Source of the DNA: Octopus sinensis
Taxonomy: Eukaryota
DNA: 64,000 nt
Direction of reading: 5' to 3'
Assembly (NCBI RefSeq): GCF_006345805.1
Contig: NC_043005.1
Span: 13,082,001-13,146,000, forward strand
Part shown: positions 25,315 to 36,582 of the stretch, in pieces
How positions within the stretch are numbered: the stretch's first letter is position 1
Layout of the letters: each line of letters opens with the position of its first letter
Notes under the pieces: model-generated
The model's database searches: none
Told to the model about the DNA's origin: nothing
What the model saw: the letters and a program-made list of their open reading frames with translations, nothing else
Made by a program: the position numbers and the translations under genes

Positions 25315-26274
25315 ATATATATTTTATACAAGTCGGTACAGTCGTGGCTGGAACGCCTTTGATTGTAGGTTTGCTTAATCAAGGACTACTCGAGTCGAAG
25401 CTACTGCAACCACTGCCTGTACCAAAACCGCCGCATCACTATTTGTAACTTTATAATCCCAGTTTGCCACTGTATACCATCTCATCACCAATGCCACCTC
25501 ACTAGTATTACCCCCACAACCACCACTATCATCATCCCACCTATAAACTATTAAAACTCAATCACTATCAACCACCACCACAGCAGCGAGGTAGGGCGTC
25601 TATGAGGTCACTCGACCTGCTAGAAACAGCAGCCTGTAATTCTTTCACAGACCTCACTCATCAACCACCACCACAGTAGCGAGGTTTAAGTACCAGTACT
25701 GGGGTCGATGTAATCGACTTAATACCAATGTCTGTCCTTGTTTGTCCCCTCTGTGTTTAGCCCCTTGTGGGTAATAAAGAAATAGGTAGGGCGTCTATGA
25801 GGTCACTCGACCTGCTAGAAACAGCAGCCTGTAATTCTTTCTCAGACCTCACTCCTCTGTGCTGAACAAGAAACAGGCAGACACATTAGATTGTTTTCCT
25901 ACGTAACTTCTTTTTTTTTTTTTTTTTGAAAGCGGAATACGCGGGATGGTCACGAATGGAATATTTTATATTTTAAGAGTGATCGAAAAAAAAAAATTTG
26001 ACCTAAGTAACAAAAAAAAAAACCAACTATATCACTATACTATTATACTTTAAGCACTATTATAACCACCTCTACCACTTTCACCACCACCACCATCACT
26101 ATCTACTACTGCCCTATCTAACTACACCACCACCACCACCATCAGCGGTACCATTATCAGAAGTCCGCGCGCCAGATTTACTCAAACCTAGCAACAGTGA
26201 TGTTGTTATATGGTGGAGCGGGAATTCTTCTCCTCCTCAGCTGTCTGCTGGCAGCAGCTGTACTCTAATACACT

Positions 26275-26307
26275 CTTATTTCCTTTTTAGCTTTCCGTCT
26301 AATTCTC

Positions 26308-26347
<40 letters not shown>

Positions 26348-26540
26348 CATCGTCTACCCCCTCCCCCCCGTCTTTCTTTTATTATTCCTCTCTTATTTCC
26401 TGAACCCTCTTTTTTTTCTCTCTCTCTCTCATTTTTCACCCCCTCCCCCAATCCTCCCCATTTCTAGCTTTCGGGTTTTGTATCACTTCCTCTTTTCTCT
26501 TCTCACTCTCTTCTCTCTTTCTGTCTGTCCTTCACACCTA

Positions 26541-26615
<75 letters not shown>

Positions 26616-27600
26616 GTCTACCTATCTGTCTATCTATCTGTCTATCTGTCTGTCTATCTATCCATCTATCCATCAATCTGTCTGTCTATCTGTCCATCTA
26701 TCTGTCTGTGTATCTGCCTATCTATCTGTCTATCTTTTCTTTTCCTCTTTTTTTCCCTTTTACGATCCCTTTTGATCGAAAACCTACGCCACCTTTTTTT
26801 TTTCATCCCCCAAAAGAAAAGCTCTACCTTGTAGCTTGTCCCATCTGTGTGCAGCCCTGTGTGGCCAATAAAGAAACTTATCTGTCTATCTATCCATCCA
26901 TCCATCTATTTATCTGTCTGTCTGTCTGTGTATCTGATTGTCTCTCTTTCTGCCTGCCTGACTGTCTGTCTGTCTCTCTTGATTGCTCTCTTCTATCTTT
27001 CATTTCGTCACCTCTCTGTCGTTCATTCCCATCTTCCTAACGGTTTTTCTCTCTTTCACGTCATTGTCTCATTTCTCCTTTTTCAATCTATTTTTTTTTA
27101 TCTACACGTTCTGTATTTCGTTTGTCCTTTAACGTATCCTTCTTTCTATATTTCTCCCTCCTTTCATTTTGTACCCCTCTCTCTCTCTTTCATACATCTT
27201 TAACTCTTCTCCTTTGCTATTCTCTTTATTTCCCCACTTTCATTTAGTCTCTTCACTTCTCACCTTCATTCATATCCCGACATATTTCCTTTTCTCTCTC
27301 CTCTTCATTCTATCATTCTTTACCATTCACCATTGATTCTTGTTCGCTGTCTCTCACCCTTTTTCTTTTCCCTTCCATGCCTTAACACTCCTTCGCATTC
27401 CCTTTCTAAGATTCATATGTAATTTTCAATTTGTCTTCTCGTTCGTTTTTTCTTTCTTTCTTATTTCTTACTGTTTGCCCCTTTTTGCTTCTCCCCTTAC
27501 AATTAATTGAATCTCCGTCTCTCTCACATCTTCCCTATCTTGTTTCCTTTCGATCGTCCTTCAAATCATTCCGCTTCTCTTTCATTGCTTTAGTTTCCCC
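26275..27600. repeat. Long pyrimidine-rich tract with (CT)n, (TCTG)n, (TCTA)n
   Basis: Strong strand asymmetry over ~1.3 kb, seen directly. Confidence 0.9.
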
Positions 27601-28261
27601 TCGCTGATGCTGATGTGTCGCTCTTCTCACAGACAAACTGGAACCAGTATTTCAACAAATCATTTCCGTTGAAAACACTTTAATCCATTAATTCTCAACC
27701 CCTTGCTCAGTCATTTACTCCCTCGGCTCCATATATTTCGCCATTGACCCCCTTCTGAAAAAAAAATACAAATTCAGTCAGTGTTTCTCAAACTGACAAC
27801 TCTCCCATTAACAATGGACATTTTCCCTCCATTTCCCTCTCTTTATTAATGATTTCTTACATGGGCACAAGACCTAGAATGTGCAGGAGGGGGTGTAGTC
27901 GATTGTATTTGACCCCAATATCTGACTAGTAATTATTATTTATTGACCCTGGAAAAATGAGAGGCAAAGATTACCTCACTGGAATTTTATCTCACAATGT
28001 AAAGATCTGGAGCAAATACCACAAGGAATTTTGAGCAATGCTTCAGTAAGTGATTTCCCAAATCTGTTGCTCCTTTGCCAATTCCTAAAGAGAAGACAAA
28101 AGTTTCTTTTTTTTTTTTTTGCCATGGTGCTAGAAACCATGGTAATTTGTCTGCCCCCTTGTCAATCTTCACCGGCCCTCCTGAAGGAGAGCCCAATTTC
28201 TGATGCAGTGAGAAACACAACATAAACTATAGCGTATATTATTAAATAACAGTATATAATA

Positions 28262-28302
<41 letters not shown>

Positions 28303-28305
28303 GTG

Positions 28306-28573
28306 AAATGTACAGTATTATGTATTCATTGCAGCTGATCTTATCAATTGGTTTCGTGCAAAGAATACAATGGAGTGTTAGGTAACAATCTGATTCTATA
28401 ACCTTATGCTCCTCAGAGTTAGCTGATATGGAAGGGAGTATGGCACCATATTCCCTTCCGTATCAGCTAACTCTGAGGAGCGTAATTAGATTGTTACCTA
28501 ACACTCCATTGTATGCTTTGCACAAAACTGATTGGTAAGATCAACTGTAATGGATGTATAATACTGTACATTT
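28306..28573. mobile_element. 268-bp near-perfect palindrome (fold-back MITE-like)
   Basis: Arms from AAATGTACAGTATTA to TAATACTGTACATTT pair up to a ~2-4 nt centre at 28444-45, with one ~9-nt insertion in the left arm. Confidence 0.8.
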
Positions 28574-28646
28574 TGGGCTATATACCCACTCTATCGACAG
28601 ATATACAAGTGCATCTTTTCCCAGATTTATGGACTTTTAGACGACT

Positions 28647-28678
<32 letters not shown>

Positions 28679-28869
28679 AGTGCAGGCGTGATTGTGTGGA
28701 AAGAAGTTTGCTTCCCAACCACATGGTTCTGAGTTCAGTCTCACTGCATGACACCTTGAGCATGTGCCTTCGAGTATAACCTTAGATCTACCAAAGCCTT
28801 GTGATTGGATCTTGTAGACGGAAACTGAAAGAAGCCCGTCATATACATATATATATATATATATATATT

Positions 28870-28901
<32 letters not shown>

Positions 28902-29978
28902 TTCATAGAAGGACCTACATTGCTAGAAATGTGTGTGTTTCTAACATCCTCAGTCATATTTAATAATGCTTATAGTCTTCCTTTTTGGTACACATTGCTT
29001 ACTGCTGCCTACATATATATATATATATATATATATACACATGTGTGTGTGTGTGTGTGGTGCATGTATGTGTATGTGCGCGCACAAGTAAAAGACTTTC
29101 AGGTGCATAGCTATGAAAAAAAGAGAAAAGTGTTATGATAAAATTTCAGTGTGAGAGAAATATGTTTAAATTCTGTGATGGAAAAAAAAGTCAAAGAAAA
29201 TGGTAAAAAAAATTTTTGGGAATTTAGTAAAGAATCAAGATGATGATTAAAAAGGTGCCAGTGAGCATGGCACAATCCAAGATGATGAAGTAGCTTAAAT
29301 CCAGAAGGCGAAAAGCAAGATGGTGCTGAGAAGAAAGAAAATGCCTGAAATGTTAACCTGCTCTCTTTCTTCATTGAAGTGCTTTGGCAAACTTTATTGA
29401 TTCTGTGTTCTTTTAAATGTTTGTGTATAAAACTCTTCTGTGGATTTCCTCAGATTTGACCTCGGGTCCCCAACTTCGATTTTCATCTTGGAACTTTACA
29501 ATGGATTACCGACCGGATTACATTGGATATCTTTTTGCTGCTTTATGCACACAAACACACACATATACACATATTTATGTTGCATGCAGTTTGCTACTGA
29601 ATGGAGATAAACATTTCTGTCATCTTTCAAGTGTTTTACTGCCTGCCCCCATAGAGCACCATGCAGCATTGATGCCACCAAGAGGTTTCCAGGTTCTTTT
29701 GGGCCCCCAATCTGTTGCATGTTTTCCCTTTCCATTAGCCATGTAATGCCCACAGCAAACCAAGTGTAGCTCCAACCATTCCAACTAAGCCGCATCTCTG
29801 TTGTTTTTCAAGAATTTTCTATCAATGTTGGTTTTTCTCTCACAGAACTCTGTCATAAATACAAGAAAGCACTCTCTGATACCCTTTCTAATTCTTTGAT
29901 ACCATTGCTAATTCTGCTATCCTTCCGAAGGCCAATTAATGCCAACCAGGTAGGAAACAGTATATCTAGTTACTAACC

Positions 29979-30211
29979 TATTTCTTTACTACCCACAAGG
30001 GGCTAAACACAGAGAGGACAAACAAGGACAGACAAATGGATTAAGTCGATTATATTGACCACAGGACGTAACTGGTACTTAATTTATCAACCCCGAAAGG
30101 ATGAAAGGCAAAGTCGACCTCGGCAGAATTTGAACTCAGAACGTAACGGCAGACGAAATACGGCTACGCATTTCACCCGGCGTGCGAACGTTTCTGCCAG
30201 CTCGCTGCCTT
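29979..30211 (-). mobile_element. SINE family B
   Basis: Full-length reverse complement of the B consensus, flanked by TCT(A/G)GTTACTAAC on both sides. Confidence 0.85.
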
Positions 30212-30606
30212 AAATCTGGTTACTAACTGTTGATATCTCACCCCTGGTGGGAAAACTTGCACCTCCATCTTTGTACTTTATGTCATTCATTAAGATCTTT
30301 TAAGTGCCCAACTGTATTGACTTTTAAAGACTTGTTGAATCTTGAACTAAACACTTGAGATTGTTTATGTTCGGCTATATCATAAAGGCAAGGCAGTCTT
30401 TCTTATTGTGATATGGTTTGGGAACGTGAGTACTTCCTTCAAATCCACATGCACCTGCCTTTTATTTGTATTATATTTATATATATGTGTGTGTGTGTGG
30501 TGTGTATATATATAGGGAGAATTCACAAAAAAAAAACAAAAGACAAAGACAGGTGGTGTAGACAACAAACAGATGTATTAGTATAACGCTTGGGAAATGA
30601 AAAAGT

Positions 30607-30642
30607 CTTTAATGTTTCGAGCCTATGCTCTTCCACAGAAAG
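30607..30642 (-). ncRNA. Hammerhead-like motif, family M (variant core CUGUGGA)
   Basis: CUUU-CUGUGGA-A-GAGC(AUAG)GCUC-GAAA-C-AUU-AAAG, within repeat M (~30510..30695). Confidence 0.45.
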
Positions 30643-30695
30643 GAACACAGAGAGAAACAAAGGGAGAGAAAATGAAGATGTGTAGTGGCTAGTGA

Positions 30696-30727
<32 letters not shown>

Positions 30728-30732
30728 ATATA

Positions 30733-30774
<42 letters not shown>

Positions 30775-31236
30775 TTTCTCTTTTACTTGTTTCAGTCATT
30801 TGACTGCCCCAGGACTTATTCTTTGTAAGCCTAGTACTTATTCTACTGGTTGTCAAGCGATAGTGGGGTGACAAACACAGATGTGCACACACATACACAC
30901 ACAGTAGGTTTATTTCAGTTTCCATCTATCACATCCACTCATAAGGCTTTGCTCAATCTGGGATGTAGTTGAAGACATTTGCTTAGGGTGCTGTGCTGTG
31001 GGGACAACCCCAAAACTATGTTGCAGTGCAGCGAAGTTCTTAACCTCACTACTGTGTCAGATTCGAGGTTTACTAGCCTATCACTGATTGTTGAGAAGTC
31101 TGAGTTCCACATATTGTAGAGAGATGGTTTTTTTCAAAATCTGTTGAAATTCGTAGCTGTCAGACATGTTTTATCTGGTATGCTAGAAGAAAAAACTCCC
31201 TCTTTCTGATCCTTCTTTTATGGATGTATTTTATTG

Positions 31237-31575
31237 TGAAGGCGCGTGGCTCAGTGGTTAGAGCGTCGAGCTTACGATCGTGAGGTTGTGAGCTCGAATC
31301 CCGGACAGGGCTGCATGTGTTCTTGAGCAAGACACTTTATTTCACATTGCTCCAGTTCACTCAGCTGTAGAAATGAGTTGCGACGTCACAGGTGCCAAGC
31401 TGTATCGGCCCCTTTGCCTTTCCCTTGGACAACATCGGTGACGTGGAGAGGGGAGGCCGGTATGCATGGGTGACTGCTGGTCTTCCATAAAAAACAACCT
31501 TGCCCAGACTTGTGCCTCAGAGGGTAACTCTCTAGGTGCAAACCCATGGTCAGTGTCTGACCGAAGGGGGTCACC
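31237..31575 (+). mobile_element. tRNA-derived SINE family C, full length
   Basis: Head GTGAAGGCGCGTGGCTCAGTGGTTAGAGCG, B-box-like GCTCGAATCCC, core TTGAGCAAGACACTTTATTTCAC. Confidence 0.85.
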
Positions 31576-31857
31576 ACGTCACTATTGTGTTAGGTTTGTT
31601 CCCTACAGTTACATACTCCTGACAAACTAAGTCCCTTTCCTTCGTTAATGGCAGAGTTGTTAGCACACTGATTAAATGCTCTGCAGTATTTCTTCCAGCT
31701 TCTTATATTCTGAGTTCAAACTCTGCCGTTGTCAGACTTTGAGTAGAGATTGAATATGGTGAATTCTCTGCCGTCCTTTCTTTGCACAAGGTGGCGTGGA
31801 ACAGAAAGCGAGAGGCAAAAATGAGTGTCACAGAGATGAAAGAATTGGTCAGCTCCA

Positions 31858-32200
31858 TCATTATCATTGTTCGACCGTGGTTGAGACAATGGAATTTACC
31901 ATGCTACGCCAGACTTTGCGGTCCATCATAGCATTATGGAGGTTCTGTTGCTGGATGCCTCTCCTACCCTGATGTAATCATCAGGGTAGGAGAGTGTGTG
32001 CCCTCTGGTATCGTGAGTAGATGGCTTCCTGAGGAGAAGAGTAGAAATTGCTTGTCTTCAGCTCTACAACAATGTCCAGCAAACTGGACTCGCCTACCTT
32101 TCACAAGAGATGACACAGGTGGTAGTTTCCCATATATTTGCATTTTGGTTGGATGACGCTTCCATGAGAGATTTTGAGCTCTCATAAGGAGTTCTCATAA
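31858..32200 (-). mobile_element. 5'-truncated RTE-clade LINE 3' end with 12-bp TSD
   Basis: LMRAQNLSWKRHPTK...RRVQFAGHCCR...AMMDRKVWRSMV resembles the RTE ORF C-terminus. It has a TGATAATGA tail and TSD TGGTCAGCTCCA at 31846..31857 and 32201..32212. Confidence 0.85.
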
Positions 32201-32603
32201 TGGTCAGCTCCACTGATGTTCCTTCCTAGTTTCATGGGAAGTATGGTACCGTGAGTGGGACAGATCTTCTGCCATCTTTAGTTATACAGACAGCATAATA
32301 AAAGAAACAGAAGTGGTGACTGGAAAGAGGGAGAGTAATAGGAAGATGAGAAGGTATCAAAAGGTGAAGTGGGGCTGTGAGCTTAATCCTTTAGCATTCA
32401 AATTGGCTATATCCAGCCTAAATATTCTGCCTGTTTTATGTCCAAACCATCCAGATCCAGCCTCTCACACCTTTCCTACAATGCTAATTCTGAAAATTAA
32501 CAATCACATTGAAATCTTGATAATACATGATTAATTTAAAACCAAGTGAATAAATAAACTTAAGGTTTGATTAACATGAATGCTAAAAAGTTAACAAAGA
32601 GGT

Positions 32604-32680
<77 letters not shown>

Positions 32681-33213
32681 ATAGAGAAACTGAAAGTAGA
32701 GATATATTTCATCTCCTTTCCTCACTCACATTCATCATATTGATATTTGTTTTGCCATGCTGGAATAGGACTGCGTCTTCTCAAGTACTGCATGTCACTT
32801 CAATGAATGCAGTGATTTATCATCTCCTTTGTGAGGCTCAACATTTTCAGATCAGTTTTCACCATTTCATCCCTTGTCCTCCTGGGTCTCCTTTTTCCAC
32901 AGGCTTCATCAACTTAGGAATGCCCTGCTATTCCCTAATCTTCTATCATTGTCCATATGCAACACATGTCCATTCCATTGCAGTCATCTCTCTTGCACAC
33001 TATAACTAATTCTTCTTGCATCCATCCCTTACTCATCATAAACTATGATTTGCACATTTTTACCCTGGGTACACCTTATGAAATTTCTACTGACCCCTTT
33101 TCTGTAGATAAAGTATAACAATTTCTCTGATAATATAAAAGTTCTGTCTTCTTTCTTACTTGAAAGCCCTTTGATTCTAAATTTTCTTCCATAGTTTCAG
33201 TTCCTCTACAAAT

Positions 33214-33675
33214 AGGCGTATGAGTGACTGTGTGGTAAGTAGCTTGCTTATGAACCACATGGTTCCTGGTTCAGTCCCACTGCATGGCACCTTGGGCAAG
33301 TGTCTTCTACTATAGCCTCGGTCCGACCAAAGCTTTGTGAGTGGTTTGGTAGACGGAAACTGAAAGAAGCCCGTCGTATATATATTATATATATATATAT
33401 ATACATATATATATCTATATATATATATACCATCATGTATGTATATATATACATATGTATGTGTGTATATGTTTGTGGTCTTTTGTCCTCCCAACATCGC
33501 TTGACAACCGATGGTGGTGTGTTTAGGTCCCCCATAACTTAGCGGTTCGGCCAAAGAGACCGATAGAGTAAGTACTAGGCTTACAAAGAATAAGCCCTGG
33601 GGGTCGATTTGCTTGACTAAAGGCGGTGCTCCAGCATGGCCACAGTCAAATGACTGAAACAAGTAAAAGAGTAAA
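33214..33675 (+). mobile_element. SINE family A
   Basis: Head AGGCGTATGAGTGACTGTGTGG through tail AAGTAAAAGAGTAAA. Confidence 0.8.
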
Positions 33676-33682
33676 TACTGTT

Positions 33683-34260
33683 ATAAGATCTAAGAATAAA
33701 GAAACTCTCAAGAGCAGCCTGCCTTGTTATGTTTGTTATGGCTTCTCTCTCTATCTGAACAGTCGAAGTCGACTCTCCGTCACTCGTTGGATCAGTGTCC
33801 TCCAGTCAGTTCTATCCTGGGTCACTTCTTTCAGATTGGCTATGTCCATTCCGGTGTCACTCTTGATGGTGTCAAGCCAGCGGGTTCTTGGTCGGCCTCT
33901 TCCTCTCTTGCCACTGACCATTCCGAGCATGATGTCCTTCTCCAGGGATTTTCTCCGCATAACATGACCGAAATATGCCAATCTATGCTTGGTGATCCTA
34001 GCTTCTAGCAACATTTTTGGCCTTATCTGCTTAAGAACTTCTCCATTGGTGAACCTCGCTGTCCATAAGGCTTTAATAAATTGGAGGAGTAGGAGAAGTG
34101 AGCCTGGTGTATTTCTGCCTGGACATTAAATATATTGCTCAACCCATTTCTAATTCTTACCCTGCTGACTTCTCCTTCATACATAGCATGCATGGCCTTC
34201 ACAAGCCATTCACCTATTCCTAGTCTCCTTAGTGATTCCCCCAAAAGACAGTGTAATATG
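33683..34260 (-). pseudogene. Older RTE reverse-transcriptase fragment split by the BovB-like insert
   Basis: LRRLGIGEWLVKAMHAMY...IHQ at 34260-34110 resumes after the insert as KAIT...GCS*EFLYS-DL, matching the RTE motif EAI...GCPWELLYADDL with frameshifts. Confidence 0.7.
33745..34068 (-). mobile_element. RTE-BovB-like LINE 3' fragment, nested
   Basis: WTARFTNGEVLKQIRPKMLLEARITKHRLAYFGHVMRRKSLEKDIMLGMVSGKRGRGRPRTRWLD...RLRLFR*, an uninterrupted frame closely resembling the BovB C-terminus. TSD GGCTT at 33740-44 and 34069-73. Confidence 0.85.
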
Positions 34261-34727
34261 TTGATGTCTCCATCATCTTTTGCTTCCTTGTTGTCAATGG
34301 CATTTCTAACTTTCCATTCACAACCTCTCAGATGCCTAGTCCCGTTCAGATCTACGTCATTTGAAGCATGGGTGACAGATGAAAGTTGTAATTTACTATG
34401 TGCTTCCATCTGTTTAGGTCCGCACATGTTGCCATTCTTCCGATGCCATAGGACTTCCACTTGATAGAATGACAAACGAGGTCACCATACAGAGACATCT
34501 GGACACATAACTGGATTATAGTGATAAACACTTACTTGTATATCATGCGTGCCACTCTTGAGTCTCCATGGTAAAAACCTTGTGACAGGGCAATGCAAGA
34601 TGGCAAGTAATCACATAAAAACACAAGTGTTCTTCTCCTGGAAAAATGCTGTGACAACAAATTGAGTCTCTCACCCCTGGTGGCTTTACTGTATGTCCTG
34701 ACACTAATCAAAGGTATTTCTGCGTCC

Positions 34728-35137
34728 AGATCCAGGCGGCGATCTGGCAGAAACATTAGCACGCCGGGCGAAATGCTTAGCAGTATTTCGTCTGCGTTAC
34801 GTTGTGAGTTCAAATTCCGCCGAGGTCGACTTTGCCTTTCATCCTTTCAGGGTCGATAAATTAAGTACCAGTTACGCACTGGGGTCGATGTTATCGACTT
34901 AATCCGTTTGTTTGTCCTCTCTGTGTTTAACCCCTTGTGGGTAGTAAAGAAATAGGTATTTCGTCTGTCGTTACGTTCTGAGTTCAAATTCCGCCGAGGT
35001 CGACTTTGCCTTTCATCCTTTCAGGGTCGATAAATTAAGTACCAGTTACACACTGGGGTCGATGTAATCGACTTAATACCTATGCCTGTCCTTGTTTGTC
35101 CCCTCTGTGTTTAGCCCCTTGTGGGTAATAAAGAAAT
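34728..35137 (+). mobile_element. SINE family B 1.8-mer inside one 16-bp TSD
   Basis: TSD AGGTATTTCTGCGTCC at 34712..34727 and 35138..35153. The second unit starts at the internal GGTATTTCGTCTG. Confidence 0.85.
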
Positions 35138-35339
35138 AGGTATTTCTGCGTCCGTATGCCCAGATGGATTATCATCATATATGTTAGTCAACTCCTATCT
35201 GGGACCCTGACAAGTGCTATCACTCCAGTTCAGAGCAGACTTGGGAACAAGAGTGGCTGAGAGGTGGTTCCATACGTTTCAAAACTCTTGCACTCCCGAA
35301 CCAAAGTTCCATAACTGGATGCAGTTTAAAGTCATACCC

Positions 35340-35930
35340 AGGAGACAGACACACACACACACACACAATAACTGACACTCCATCGGTTATAATGATGAGG
35401 GTTCCAGTCGATCCAATTGACAGAACAGCTTGCTTGTGAAATTAACGTGCAAGTGGCTGAGCACTCCACAGACACATGTACCCTTTATGTAGTTCTCAGA
35501 GAGATTCAGGGTGACACAGAATGTGACAAGGCTGGCCCTTTGAAATAGGAGTACTATTCATTTTTTGCCAGCTGAATAGACTGGAGCAGGTTGAAATAAA
35601 GTGTCTTGCTCAAGGACGCAATGTGCCAGAAATCAAACTCAAGACCTTATGATCACAAGCAACGTGCCTTCATATATATATATATTGTGGAGGCTCATGG
35701 CTTAGTGGTTAGGGTGTTGAACTCATGATCGTAAGGTTGTGGTTTCAATTCCTGGATCAGGCAACGCGTTGTGTTCTTGAGCAAAACACTTCATTTCACG
35801 TTGCTCCAGTCCACTCAGCTGGCAAAAATGAATAATCCTGCAATGGACCAGTGTCCCATCCAGGTGGGGAATTTCTACTCCACAGAAACCGGCCCTTATG
35901 AGCCTGGCATGGCTTGAGAAGGAACATTTT
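35340..35930. mobile_element. Two divergently oriented C-core SINEs with different 3' tails
   Basis: 35340..35662 (-) and 35686..35930 (+) share the TTGAGCAA(A/G)ACACTT core but have unrelated tails. Confidence 0.65.
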
Positions 35931-36205
35931 TTGTGGAGGCTCATGGCCTAGTGGTTAGAGCAGCGGATTTGCGGTCGAGGGATCCGGGGTTCGAATCCCA
36001 GACTGGGCAATGTGTGTGTTTATGAGCTAAAACACCTAAGCTCTACGTGGCTCCAGCAGAAGGTAATGGCGAAATTCTGCTGAGTCTTTCACCACAATTT
36101 TCTCTCACTCTTTCCTCTTGCATCTTGCAGCTCACCTGTGACGGACCGGCGTCCCGTCCAGGTGGGGAACCTATACACCAAGGAAACCGGGAAACCGGCC
36201 CTATG
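35931..36205 (+). mobile_element. tRNA-derived SINE family I
   Basis: Head GTGGAGGCTCATGGCCTAGTGGTTAGAGCAGCGG...GGTTCGAATCCC. It is the reverse complement of 54217..54519. Confidence 0.8.
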
Positions 36206-36546
36206 CTCCACAAGGGGCAAAAAGGATTAAGAAGAAGAAGATATATATATTACTGTACTCTTGGAGTGGTTGGCATTAAGAAGGGCATCTAGCTGTAGAA
36301 ACACTGCCAGATCAGATTGGGGCCTGGTGCAGCCCCCAGCTTCTCAGACCCGTCCAATCCATGCTAGCATGGAAAAACCGTCCAATCCATGCTAGCATGG
36401 AAAACAGACATAAAATGGTGATGATGATATATATATATATATATATATATATGACTAGTTGCCAAGATAGATCGTTAGCCACTACACACATTTTTTTCTT
36501 TCCTTTTTTTTCTCTCCTTGTTTCTCTCCTTGTTTTTTCTGTGTCC

Positions 36547-36582
36547 CTTTCTGTAGAAGAGTGTGGGCTCGAAACATAAAAA
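36547..36582 (+). ncRNA. Hammerhead-like motif, family M (core CUGUAGA, degenerate)
   Basis: CUUU-CUGUAGA-A-GAGU(GUGG)GCUC-GAAA-CAUA-AAAA, within repeat M (~36471..36683). Confidence 0.35.

Noticed and set aside
29496-29900. Possible degenerate RTE remnants (also ~14036-14224, ~51293-51400, ~51600-51760)
   Set aside because: Suggestive short motifs only; too decayed to call without alignment.
31237-31312. tRNA genes in SINE heads (also 35931, 54450, 55830)
   Set aside because: A and B boxes are present, but there is no complete cloverleaf and each continues into a SINE body.
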